DNA of 64,000 bases from contig CM069147.1 in NCBI GenBank assembly GCA_035221665.1, positions 45,012,001-45,076,000 of the forward strand, written 5' to 3'. The position numbers and the translations under genes are program-made. Under the pieces are notes generated by a model. That model saw only the letters and a list, made by a program, of their open reading frames with translations. It was not told the origin of the DNA and did not search any database. Of the stretch, positions 19,216-31,555 are shown piece after piece (positions within the stretch are counted from its first letter, which is position 1; every line of letters starts with the position of its first letter). This DNA comes from Okamejei kenojei (Eukaryota).

Positions 19216-19904
19216 TAGTTGTAGGAAGTTTACTAAGGATTGATTGCTTATTTTAAAAGGATTTGCTGAGGAGTGCTTGAATATTTTCAAGCATAAAATG
19301 TTTGTTATCTGAGCCACAGCAAGGCTTCTGCGCCATAACTTAAACTTAGTTCCACCCATCATCGTAAGCAATCATTGCAGTGCTGGTACTTTGAGTAATA
19401 CACTCAACAATTCATTGCCACTATCCTGGTAATTAGTTTCGTTTTTTTTTGCCAAAAAGGTTCATTTCAGAAGAAACCTGTCTTGCAAATTGCCCATTTA
19501 TCTCCAGTTCTATCAGTCAAGCTCCTGTTTGTTTGCTGTTTGTTTTAAACTTTAACCAAGGCAAAGTTAAAATGTGTCCTTGGTTGATGTCTGTGGTGTT
19601 AATGGTGTATTGAAGAGAGAAGCAAAAATAAAAGCTGTTGTGTACCGCAGGAGATCAGTGCCATTTAGGATCGATTTTTTTTGGAAGTTTCAAGGGGGGG
19701 AGGGGGGGGGGGGGGAGGGCAGAAGCTTGCCAGAAAGTCGTGTTTTAAATGAAAACAAGCATAAATACATTGGAAAAATAATATGATCCAAAACACTATT
19801 TAAAGCATAGCCCCACCCTCACTACACCATTTGACTCTCTTCCCTGGCTACTTCCTTTCATTACACACCAAGAATTATGACTTTTTCCATTATTTTTCTT
19901 TCTG

Positions 19905-20057
19905 NNNNNNNNNNNNNNNNNNNNNNNNNNNNNNNNNNNNNNNNNNNNNNNNNNNNNNNNNNNNNNNNNNNNNNNNNNNNNNNNNNNNNNNNNNNNNNNN
20001 NNNNNNNNNNNNNNNNNNNNNNNNNNNNNNNNNNNNNNNNNNNNNNNNNNNNNNNNN
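19905..20057. other. Assembly gap
   Basis: Run of N. Confidence 0.99.
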
Positions 20058-21205
20058 TCAGTAGGGGGAGAATGAGCCGTAGTCCTGTGTTATTAACATG
20101 TTCTTACAAGAATATTGGACTTGGAAAGCTGCCAGAGCACATTATAATACATTAAATCTAATCTCCTGCAGAGTGATTAAAAAAGATCAGAGTGCCCAAG
20201 CATATTTTAACGCATGGCACTGAATCTCATGACATCTGCCATTGAGCTCATGTGGTAGTATCTGGATCCTTGTTATATTTCCAGCCACATTGTTAGAAAG
20301 ACTCTCTTGGTAATATGACCTTCTTGAAAGTAGGACCAGTGTTGCTTGGTGGGGTTTCCTTGGTCCCCTGTGGTAATGATGGCAGAGTTCCAAAATAGAG
20401 GAAGAAGTAAGCTAAAAGAGGTTGTAGAATTGGGCTCAGATGCTCCTTGGTTTAATTAGGCATAATGTTAAAAATATATACGGTAATATAGATGGTCACA
20501 AGATAAGAAATAATCCAAATTACAATACAGATTAAACATTTCCGACTTTATAATAACTTTATTCATGGTGCTTTGGTGCAATATCTCCAAAACTAATTAA
20601 TGCATGTGTGGTTTTCCAAATCTGTGTACTATGATTTATTATCCATAGACATTTTGTTAAAATGATAATTAAAATTGTTGGGTGGTTTAACAATGGTTTT
20701 TAGAATTGCCGCAATAAATGTTGTTTGTGGGCTAGAATACAAAGGGTTAATCGTATCATTATGTAGATGCCTGCAGTGGTTGAGTTGATTAGTGCCAATG
20801 TGTTATTGCACAGGCTTGTTTGACCCACGTTTCTTCACAATAATTAAAAATTGATTATCGTAACTAATTTCTACCATCTGTTTAATTCTCATGTGAATTA
20901 GAATGCTTGCATTTGGAGATGTATAATACCAATAGCCCATTTTAATGCCATTCTCAGTTCCTTGGTACTTATTCTAAAGTTTAAGCTACAGTTGTCAAAC
21001 GTTAAGAAACTCTACTGTCAGCTCTGGCACTTCTGTGTTCACCCTTTAAATTTGAGGCAGATTTGGATTTATTTCTCTATTCGAATCCCCGATTAGCTGG
21101 GTCATTGAGGGTTAAACCATGTGCATGGTAACCTGAATGTTATATGATGGTCCCTCCTATTTCCAACCTCTCATATCTTAGGACCTCCAACTCTAGGTTT
21201 TACTT

Positions 21206-21301
21206 AAGATAGACTTAAAAAGCTGGAATAACTCAGGGGGTCAGACAACACCTCTGGAGAAAAGGACTAGGTGACGTTTCGGGTCGATACCCTACTTCAG
21301 T
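21206..21301 (-). mobile_element. PLE terminal-repeat fragment
   Basis: aagatagacttaaaaagctggaataactcag...gacgtttcgggtcgataccctacttcag. Confidence 0.75.
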
Positions 21302-21495
21302 AAAACCCTTTTACCTCCTTTGTTTCTTTTTGTGAATACAGTCATTAACAATGTGAGCAATGTGAGCACTAAAGAATTAAGAAACATGTTTGATGATGTT
21401 CAATAAAAAAAATAAGCTTTTCCCTGGCAATGTGCTTGTTCCCAGTCTTGGTGCCCTTAGTGCCCTTACTCCGCCTCACACAGCAGTTATCCTGG

Positions 21496-21650
21496 TGTGT
21501 AAGAAGGAACTGCAGATGCTGGTTTAAAGCGAAGATAGACACAAAAAGCTGGAGTAACTCAGCGGGCACCTCTGGAGAGAAGCATCTCTCAACCCGAAAC
21601 GTCACCCATTCCTTCTTTCCAGAGATGCTGCCTCTCCCGCTGAATTAACC
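21496..21650. mobile_element. Palindromic PLE insertion (internally deleted)
   Basis: Minus arm then plus arm; flanked by cctggtgt direct repeats. Confidence 0.75.
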
Positions 21651-23591
21651 TGGTGTTTTGTATGAAAGAAATAAACAATTGTTTGTAGGTCAACTCAATA
21701 AGAACAGAATTGAAATATGCCCCAGTTCATTTCAAGTGTATTCATCTTGCACTCGAAGGACCCCTCGTGGCAATGGAGTGGGGACTTCAAGGTAGTCCAA
21801 ATTTGAATCCAGCTACTAAATCTGAAATGTTAAAAACCTGACTATCTCAGTCCTCAGTGTTCATTGATTCAGCCTTCAAAGTTCTCCGGAATGGAGAATC
21901 TATTTTGTCAAGCTCCCTCAGAATCTTATATCAACAAGACTTCTTCACATTCTTCTAAACTCCAATGAACATAAACCCACTCCGCTCAACTTTTCCTCAT
22001 ATGTCAATCGTTTTATTCCTGTACCATTGCAGTTAGATTTATACTCGATCCCCTTTGCAATAATGTCCAACTCTCGATTTGCCTTCCTGCTGTATTTGCA
22101 TGTTGTCTTTCTGTGTCTCACCTTTGAGAAAGCCTACATCTCTAGGAGAATTGGCGATGTGGTGCATATTTCTAAATCTATGTGTAATTCTCACAGTAAA
22201 ATCCATCAGTTTTGTTAAACTTTGTAAATGCTGTCTGATTTAGCAACATGATAAGTCATAATTACTCAACGACAAAATATTTTTTTCTATATGTACCGAG
22301 TCTAATTGTTACAAAATATTATTTTAAAATTCCCCTGATTTAAGATAACAGGTTTAAAGGGCCATTGAGTCATAGAGTTTATGACCCTATAATAAGCTTA
22401 ATTGTTTTAGTGTTTCTTGTTTCAGCCTCTCCTCAGTCTGAATGAATGTGCCAATCTTTATTTTGACTTTTGCTAAATAGTGACAAAATGGGATCAAAAC
22501 AAGACCTTTTTTTTTGCTGTTAAATAGGTTCTTGTAATTCGATTGACCACACAGCCAGCTTGGTGATTGCACCATAGCTGGATTCCAGTTGGTTTTGTGG
22601 AAATGGGAAATCCATAGTATAAATTCCTCGGAGGTTTTGGGGACTGATTTCCTCATGGTCAATAGTAAGTAGCCGACTTTTGTCAATACAGCAAAATCCG
22701 GGCCAATTGAGCAATCCGGGCCAATTAATTGAGAAATCTGGGCCATTAATATGAGTGAGAAGGAGATAGGTAGTGAGGGGGGAGTGTTAGTGAAGGATTT
22801 CAACACCATGAATGGCTAGATGGAACAGCACAGTGGAAGTGTTTTTGAGGTTGTCCTCATTTGAACCCATCCATCTTGGTCAAATCCTTTGATGCAGGAG
22901 GCTATAATGGAATAGAAAATATATAAGCGTTCAAGTCACAGACTCCATACAACTAAAATAATTAGGCTTCAATGAAGCCTATTTTAATCAGTTAGAAAAT
23001 AAGAGAATAATAAGTGTGATGTGCTTGTGAGTCAAACATGGTCTTTGACTGCAGGGTTAATGTGGTTGGTAACCAGTTGGTTGATAAGGAAAGGTTTTGC
23101 AACTGTTTCTAATGAGTGGGTGAAAGCAAAATGACAATTGAGATTTTAAATATCCAAATATGGGAATGAAAGTAGTGGTTCTAAAACTAAATACATTTTC
23201 CATGGATTAAAAATAGTGCTCTTGACAACATTTGCTGTAAAGAGAATATGGAGCTAATGCTCTTGACCAAAAAGATGCCTTGTGACAAATCCATTCAATA
23301 GTCAACAATATATCATTAGATTACACAGAACATAGAACATACAACATTACAGCACATGAACAGGCCATTCGGCCCACATGTCTGTACTGACCATGATGCC
23401 TGCCCGTGATCTCTGTCTCTCCATTCCCTGCATATTCATGTTCCTAGCTAAAACCCTCTTAAATGCCCCTATCAAATCTGCCCCTGGCCACTCCCTGTGT
23501 AAATAACTTGCCCTGCACACCCCCGTTAAACCTTGCCACTCTAATCCTCAAGCCATACCCTCTAGTCTTTGACATTTTCATCATGGAAAAT

Positions 23592-23740
23592 TGTGTCGGA
23601 AGGAACTGCGGATGCTGATTTAAACCAAAGATAGACGCAAAAAGCCAGAGTAACTCAAACGTCTGGCAGCATCCCTGGAGAAAAGGAATATTTGACATTT
23701 TGAGTCGAGAACCTTCTTCAGACTGAGAATCAGGGGGAAA
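23592..23740 (-). mobile_element. PLE terminal-repeat fragment nested in CR1
   Basis: tgtgtcggaaggaactgcggatgctg...gagtcgagaaccttcttcagact. Confidence 0.75.
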
Positions 23741-24426
23741 AAATGGAAGGTTTGACTGTCTACCCTGTCTATGCTTCTCATAATTGTATATAATTCTATC
23801 AGGTCTCCCCTCAACTTCTGGCATTCCAGAGAAAACAGTTACATTTGTAGAACCTCTCCTTAGAGCTGTTAATCTCCAATCCAGGAAGCATTCTGGTTAG
23901 CATCTTCTGCGCCCTCTCTAATGCCTCCACATCCTTCCCATAATGGGGTGACCATCATATTATAAATGCCGCTTAATCAAAGTCCTATAAAAGTGCAATT
24001 TGAATTCCTGGCTTCTGTCTCAGTACGCCAATCAATGAAGCCAAGCATAACATGTTACTTTTTTTCCAGTCTATCTTCTTGTGTTGCCACTTTAAGGGAG
24101 CTATGGATTCTTGGATTCCCACCTTTCTCTGTACATCGATGTTGTAAAGGGTCATGCCATTGACTATATACTTTCCCTTTATATTTGACTTTCCGAAGTG
24201 CAACACTTCATTCTTGCTGGGATTAAACTCCATCTGCCAGTTCTCTACCCATTTCTGTCACTGATCTATATCCCACTGCATACTTTGACAGGCTTCCTCA
24301 CTGTCTGCTACTCCACCAACGCCACTGGTCAACTTCAGCCAGAATAACACTCTTCCACCACAGCTGCCGTGTCTTCTAAGAGTAAGCCAGTTCTATATCA
24401 AATCACCAAGTCATGTATGGATCAGT

Positions 24427-24655
24427 ATGTGTAGGAAGGAACTGCAGATGCTGGTTTAAATCGAAAATAAACACAAAATGCTGAGGTAATTCAGCAGGAC
24501 AGACAGCATCTCTGGAGAGAAGGAATGGGTGGCATTTTGGGTCGAGACCTCTTCTGTATGGAGAGGGGTCTCGACCCCAAAACGTCACCCATTCCTTCTC
24601 TCCAGAGATGCTGCTTGTCCTACTGAGTTACTCCAGCTTTTTGTGTCTATCTTCG
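24427..24655. mobile_element. Palindromic PLE insertion nested in CR1
   Basis: Inverted arms. TSD tatggatcag at 24416-24425 and 24658-24667. Confidence 0.8.
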
Positions 24656-24684
24656 TTTATGGATCAGCCTATCATGTGGGACTT

Positions 24685-26897
24685 ATATGATAAGTTTTAA
24701 TCTACAATTTGAGAGGGAGAAGGGGAAATCGGAAGTGTCAGTATTATATTTGAGCAAAGGGGACTATAAGGGAGGAAAGGACTGGAAAGGGACCCTAGCA
24801 GGGATGACGTTGGAACAACACTGGCAGTATTTTGGGGAATAATACAGAAGGTGCAGGATCAGTTCATTCCAAAGAGAAAGAAAGATTCCAAGGGGAGTAA
24901 GAGGCGACCGTGGCTGACAAGGGAAGTCAGGGAAAGCATAAAAATAAAAGAGAAAAAGTATAACATAGTAAAGATGAGCAGGAAGCCAGAGGATTGGGAA
25001 AACTTTAAAGAGCAATAGAAGATAATTAAAAAGGCAATATGGGGAGAAATATGATGCACGAAGGTAAGCTAGCTTAAAATATAAAGGAGGATAGTAAAAG
25101 CTTCTTTAGGTATGTGAGGAGGAAACAAATAGTTAAGACAAATGTGGGTCCCTTGAAGACAGAAACATGTGAATTTATTATGGGAAACAAGGAAATGGCA
25201 GATGAGTTGAACATGTACTTTGGATCTATCTTCACTAAGGAAGAAACAAACACTCTCCCAGATGTACTCGTGGCCAGAGGACCAAGGGTGATGGAGGAAC
25301 TGAAGGAAATTCACATTAGGTTGGAAATGGTGTTGAGTAGACTGATGGAACTGAAGGCTGATAAATCTCAGGGCCGGATGGTCTGCATCCCAAGGTACTT
25401 AAGGAAGTGGCTCTAGAAATCGTGGGTGCATTGGTGATCATTTTCCAATGTTCTATAGATTCAGGATCAGTTCCTGTGGATTGGAGGGTAGCTAATGTTA
25501 TTCCCACTTTTTAAGAAAGGAGGGAGAGAAAACAGAGAATTATAGTCCAGTTAGCCTGACATCGGTGGTTGGGAAGATGCTGGAGTCAATTATAAAAGAT
25601 GATTGGATAGCAGTAACAGGATCAGTCCGAGTCAGCATGGACTTACTATGGGGAAATCATGCTCGACTAGTCTTCTGGAATTCTTTGAAGATGTAACTAG
25701 GAAAAGGGAGAGCTAGTGGATGTAGTGTACCTGGAATTTCAGAAAGCCTTTCAAAGTCCGACCTAGAAGTTTAGTGGGCAAAATTAAAGCACATGGTATT
25801 GGGATGGGGTACCGACATGGATAGAAGATTGCTTGGCAGACAGGAAACAAAGAGTAAGGATTAACGGGTCCCTTTTACAATGGCAGGCAGTGACTAGTGG
25901 GATATCGCAAGGCTCAGTACTGGGACCGCAGCTATTTACAATATACATCAATGATTTAGATGAAAGGATTTGAAGTAACATTAGCAAATTTGCAGATTAC
26001 ACAAAGCTGGGTGGCAGTGTGAACTGTGAGGAGGATGCTATGAGAATGCAGGGTGACTTGGACAAGTTGGGTGAGTGGGCAGATGATGGCAGATACAGTT
26101 TAATGTGGATAAATTTGAGGTTATCCACTTTGGTGGCAAGAACAGGAAGGCAGATTATTATCTGAATGGTGTCAAGTTAGGAAAAGGGGTAGTACAATGA
26201 GATCTGGGTGTCCTTGTACACCAGTCACTGAAGAAGGCACTGTACAGCAGGCACTGAAGAAAGCTAATGGCATGTTGGCCTTCATAACAAGAGGACACGA
26301 GTATATGAGCAAAGAGGTCCTTCTGCAGTTGTACAGGGACCAGGTGAGACACCTGGAGTATTGTGTGCAGTTTTGGTCTCCAAATTTGAGGAAGGACATC
26401 TTTGCTATTGAGGGACTGAAGTGTAGGTTAACAAGGTTAATTCCCGGGATGGCGGGACTGTCATATGTTGAAAGAATGGAGCGTCTGGGCATTTATACAC
26501 TAGAATTTAGAAGGATGAGAGGGAATCTTATTGAAACATCTAAGATTATTAAGGGAATGGACACGCTAGAGGCAGGAAACGTGTTCCCGATGTTGGGGGA
26601 GTCCAGAACCAGGGGCCACAGTTTAAGAATAAGGAGTAGGCCATTTAGAATGGAGATGACCATTTTCACCCGGAGAGTTGTGAATCTGTGGAATTCTCTG
26701 CCTCAGAAGGCAGAGGCTGGTTCTTTAGATGCTTTCAAGAGAGAGTTAGATAGAGCTCTTAAAGATAGCGTTGTCAAGGGGTATAGGGAGAAGGCAGGAA
26801 CGGGGTACTGATTGTGGATGATCAACCATGATCTCAGTTGGTGCGAAGGGCCGATTGGCCTACTCCTGCACCTATTGCCTATTGCCTATTGTCTATT
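24685..26897 (+). mobile_element. 5'-truncated CR1-clade LINE (HER1-like); ORF2 reverse transcriptase disrupted by frameshifts and stops
   Basis: RT motifs [42 protein letters not shown] and C-terminal HLEYCVQFWSP...RGNLIET...SRTRGHSL...VVNLWNSLP. 3' tail ggcctactcctgcac(ctattg-like)n. Confidence 0.92.
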
Positions 26898-27552
26898 GAC
26901 TTTATCAAACATGTTACTGAAATCTATGCAGCCGAGATCTACTGCCCTACCCATAGCTATCACCTTTGTCACCTCAAAAAATTGGTAAGACATGATCTGC
27001 CGTGAACAAATCTGTTCATAACTAATGAGCCCCTAATGAGCCCATTGTCTTCCAAATCTTTGTAATGCTATTATGAACAATCCTCTCCAGTAGCTTCCCT
27101 AGTAGTGATGTGAGACACGTCAGCCTATTATTTCCTGGATTATCTGTCCTTCCCATTTTAAACAAAGAAAAACATTGGCCACTCTCCTTCATCCGGTACT
27201 TCACTTGTGGCTAGAGAAGATACAAAGATCTTGGTCAAGGTTCCTGTGTTCTCCTCTCTTGGCTGTCTCAATAACTTGGGATAGATTCCATCAGGCCCTA
27301 GGTGTTTATCCATCTTTTTGTCTTCAATAGCCACAACACCCCCTCCTACTTGATTTCAAACTCGCCTTGCATATTAGTATTCTTCACGTTGATGTCACTG
27401 TCCTCCATGTCCTTCTCCTTGGTGAATACCGATGGGAAGTACTTGTTCAGTACGTGTGCATACCCTGAGTCCAAGCATAAATTCACCTCCTTTATCCTTG
27501 AGCAATAAAAGATTCTTCAAAGACCTTCGTTTATATTCTGTATTAACCATTT

Positions 27553-27857
27553 AGGGTGTCCCGGTGGTGTAGCGGTAGAGTTGCTGCGCTGCAGTGCCAG
27601 AGACCCGGGTTCTACAGGTGCTGTCTGTCCGGAGTTTGTACGTTCTCCTCGCGATCGCCTGGGTTTTCGCCGGGTGCTGCGGTTTCCTCACACACTCCGA
27701 AGACGTACAGACCTGTGGGCTAATTTCCTTCTGTAAATTGTCTGTAAATTGTCCTCTAATGTGCAGGATGGTGCTAGTGTACCGAGATTATAGGTCGGCG
27801 CGGATTTGGTGGGCCAAAGTGCCTGTTTCCATGCTGTATCTCCAAACTAAACTAAAC
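27553..27857 (+). mobile_element. V-SINE (HE1-like)
   Basis: ggtggtgtagcggtagagttgctg...gacccgggttc, V-core, tail tgtatctccaaactaaactaaac. Confidence 0.8.
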
Positions 27858-28508
27858 ACTTATGAAGATTTACTCTGGTCATCGTGTACATCCTAATTAC
27901 AATCGAGTTCCTTCCCAAACCTTGTTTGAAGCCTGACGATTTTCCCATAAATTTCTCTTTTCCACAGCTGCAGAAATAAAAACTAAAACCTATTCTTAGT
28001 AAACTTTTGGCTTCCGAGTTTCCGATGCCACCAAAACATGACCACCTGTTTAAAACCACTGTTTATGAATGCTCCCATATCCTGTGAAATATTGATTGAA
28101 GATTGGGAGGAAAAGTGTGAAGATCCACGTTATATTAATAGTCATAAGATTTTCCCGAAACTCCCTCTTCCTCTCACATACAATTCTTTCATTGTTACTT
28201 TAGTAGTAGTCCAGCCACAAAAAGTAAAACAAATTTTTGAAACTTTTACATAAACCAAGTGAATTAAACCAATACAGATATCAACTGTATGCTTTTTGCA
28301 AAACCTATAAAATTGGTCTTAAATGTTTGGAACTACTGCAGATATTTTAGATTTCGAGACAACTTGCCATTTATAAATATTTCACTGGTAAAATATGCCA
28401 GCAAATGAATATGACTGTGTTTAGTCTCTGTTGCTCTCTTTCCCTCTCCCAATTTTTTTCTTATTCTGTGTTGGAAAGTGCAGTGTCTCATCTTTGTTTT
28501 CCCAGCAT

Positions 28509-28805
28509 GTTTAGTTTAGTTTAGAGAACTCTGCCCACCGAGTCCTCTCCGACCAGTGATCCCTACACACTAACACTGTCCGAAACACATTGGGGACAAT
28601 TTTACATTCATACATTGATACCAATCCAATTAACCTACAAACCTGTACGTCTTTGGAGTGTGGGAGGAAACCGAAGATCTCAGAGAAAACCCACGCAGGT
28701 CACGAGGAGAACGTGCAAACTCTGTACCGGCAGCACCCATAGTCAGGATCGAACCCGGATCTCTGGCACTATAAGGCAGTAGCACTAGGTCTGCGCCACC
28801 GTACC
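28509..28805 (-). mobile_element. V-SINE (HE1-like)
   Basis: (tttag)n, aattaacctacaaacctgtacgtctttggagtgtgggaggaaaccg, ggatcgaacccgg. Confidence 0.8.
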
Positions 28806-29379
28806 TCCCTATGCATTTTTATGTGTGTGTGGGGAAAAAATGTCACTTTATTTTACTTCGACTTTGCATGTTGGTCTGTTTGTCTTTGGAATTTTAACTT
28901 CACATGAGCACTTAGCGTGATTTTTTTCCATCAAATTCATATTGGGGATGCTTTCCTTGGGCATTTGCTGCTGAAATGTAGGATTTAATTATTCAATTAA
29001 CCCTTCATTTCATGAATAGCTGGAAGACTCTTTGCTTCATCATACACTCTGATGGTTTGGAAGTGTTTAAGGTGATAGCTGGGACAAATTCAAGGTGTAA
29101 AATTCAAAGCGGGTGCAGAAGAAGTTGCTCTGTGTGTTGTTGTTTCCTCGTAGTCAGTGTTTATGTGGACGATGCATTCATATGACAAGTTTATTTCTTC
29201 TTGCTGTTGCCATGTAGAGGTAGTTTATTTAGGCAAAAGGAAAATGAAGTTACTACTTAGGTAATAAGTCTCAAAAGTGATAGAGGAGTAAAAGGATCTA
29301 ATGAACAAATATATAAATCACTTAATAAATCACTTTATAGTAAAGTGGTTAAGTCACTAAAAAAGACAAAGATATTGGT

Positions 29380-29830
29380 TCATTGGGAAAGGGTAAATTT
29401 TAAAGGCAGAATTGAACTCCCATTGACCATATTTGGAGGATTGTGTACAGTTCTGATCACTGTACTATAACATTACTATGTCATTCTTTCCTAAAGACTG
29501 GGAGATGACCTGATAGTTGTTTTTCTGGTTATGGAAAGGTTTGAAGGGATAGATGTGGAAAAATATATTTTTACTTGCAAGAGAATTCAGAGTCAGCTGC
29601 ATAGATATGAGATAACCCAAACTAAATCCAATAGCGGTGAAACTTATTTTCCAAATATTGCTAAGAAGGTGGAAATCGGTACAACGAAGCGTGGGTGAAG
29701 CCAGAGGCAAGATAGGAAAAGGACGGAAGGAAAAGGACAATCTACATGGCAACAGCTAGAAGAAAGCTCCTACTGATACAGCAAGGCAAATTCAACAGCA
29801 TGTCCTGCTCTTGTGCAGTAAACTCATTGT
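29380..29830 (+). mobile_element. Highly decayed CR1 3' region
   Basis: tttggaggattgtgtacagttctgatcac (LEYCVQFWSP-like) and gggagatgacctgatag (RGDLI-like). Confidence 0.5.
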
Positions 29831-31029
29831 AACAATGAGAATGCTTGAAAATCTGTTCCCACGTGGTGTCCAACACTTCCCTGACATAGCTGTTCCATTG
29901 TGAATTCCGCCAATTTGTTCATTCATCATTTAATCCTCTTCATGACTTAGAAGGTACCTAAGAGGTCCTCAGTGCAGCTGGTCTTTGGTGTCATATGTCT
30001 TCATCGGAATCTCTGTTGATCTCCACACCGTCTATTTTGGACTCTCTCTTTCACCCCTCCCAAAACAATGCTCATCAAAGAGTGAATCTGCACAGCTCCA
30101 TTCAATAAATTCTCAGCTATCTCCATCTTCTTTTCACCAATTTCTCACTGGGTTTCCCACTTGGCTTATAGCTCAGAGTCTGAGATGTTTTCCAGCCAGG
30201 AGTCCAGCCACTTGGTTTGGAAGGAATCTACCTCGTGTGTTTTTCTTTTTTGTAGACTTCCCAACATTCTGAGGCTTTGTAACAAATGAAAAGATGTTCA
30301 ATTGTGTTCACAATTAGTTCATAGGAAAGTTCTCTGTTCATAACGGATCTGCCAGAAAATGATGAATGTCAAAAGCTCTTGCACAACAACCTTGAATTAA
30401 AGGTTATTTTATGGCAACAGCCCGCTGTGTTTCCAGCTGGAAAAAAATACCATAGATATGGTACAGTAGTTGTTTGTCACATAAGCATATGCATCAACTA
30501 ATTTGACTGAAACCTTAAGAGTGACTGAATAGGAGATGTATGGGTGCTGTAATCTGCAGGGATATGCAGGGTCAACGGTACATAAAATCTCACTTTATTG
30601 AATTTCTACTACATCAGTGGAGATGGCCAAAAGCAAGACTCAGTGTGTGATGACAGGGCAATCACAACTCCCATAAAATATACTTGGAACTGAAGCCAAG
30701 ATCTTCTCTGAGCAGAAGCACTGGGTTAAGTTTAAGTTTAAATGTAATGTGGCCTGGTTAACATGTAGCAATCCAGCATTGTAAGCACACTATTATGCCT
30801 GAACACTATTATTGTTGAGAAATGTTGTTGGCCAGCTTGGCTCAGAACAGTCTAAGGTTCAGATGGCATGGAGCATACTTGTACTGTGCTAGCTGGGCAG
30901 CTGTTAGGTAAGGATACTTTGACACTGCCATTGCGGCTTTCCCCCTATGCTGGTAGCTCAATGACTTCTGAACCAGCACAAACTGTCTTGAGAATAGGGC
31001 TTCCCAAATGAGAAAGTTAATAAAGTTCA

Positions 31030-31165
31030 TATAGGAGCAGAATTAGGGCATTCGGCCCATCAAGTCTACTCCACCATTCAACCATGGCTGATCTATCTTT
31101 CCCTCTCAAGCCCATTCTCCTGCATTCTCCCCATATCCTCTAGCACCCATATTAATCAAGAATCA
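31030..31165 (-). mobile_element. CR1 3'-tail fragment
   Basis: ataggagcagaattagggcattcggcccatcaagtctactccaccattcaaccatggctgatcta. Confidence 0.7.
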
Positions 31166-31426
31166 AAATTAAAGGTGAATCATCTTTGGTTCCCCTCATC
31201 TCTGTTAGACCACCGACCAGACAACTGAAGAGAAAAAATATTTGAAATTTAGCAACAGATCACCTATTCTTTTAAAGAGGATCAGTATTTGATCAAAAAC
31301 AATGCTACATTTTGCTGACTCTTTTGGAACATAAGACGGAGAAGCTTTGGCTCAGAACAGGCTTTGTTTTAAACTGACTGCTCTCTTCAGCAATGATAGT
31401 TTTTTAACTTAGAAACCAGATGTCAT

Positions 31427-31555
31427 GTGTCGGAAGGAACTGCAGATGCTGGTTTGCACTGAAGATAGATACAAAATGCTGGAGTAACTCAGCGGGATAG
31501 GCTGTAGCTCTGGAGAAAAGGAATAGGTTAAGTTTCAGTTGGAGGCCTTCAGATG
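31427..31555 (-). mobile_element. PLE terminal-repeat fragment
   Basis: tgtgtcggaaggaactgcagatgctggttt...gctggagtaactcagcggga. Confidence 0.75.

Larger units (their letters stand above)
23325..27505 (-). mobile_element. Old CR1 LINE (minus strand) interrupted by two PLE inserts and a younger CR1
   Basis: 3' tail (catagaa repeats, aggccattcggcccac) at about 23330. Minus ORF remnants RGDLIELYTIMRSIDRVD, MEFNPSKNEVLHFGKSN and PGNNRLTCLTSLLGKLLERI. The sequence resumes seamlessly after 26897. Confidence 0.8.

Noticed and set aside
26197-26811. 204-aa ORF as a host gene
   Set aside because: It is the C-terminal part of a CR1 ORF2 whose upstream RT region is frameshifted and has stops.
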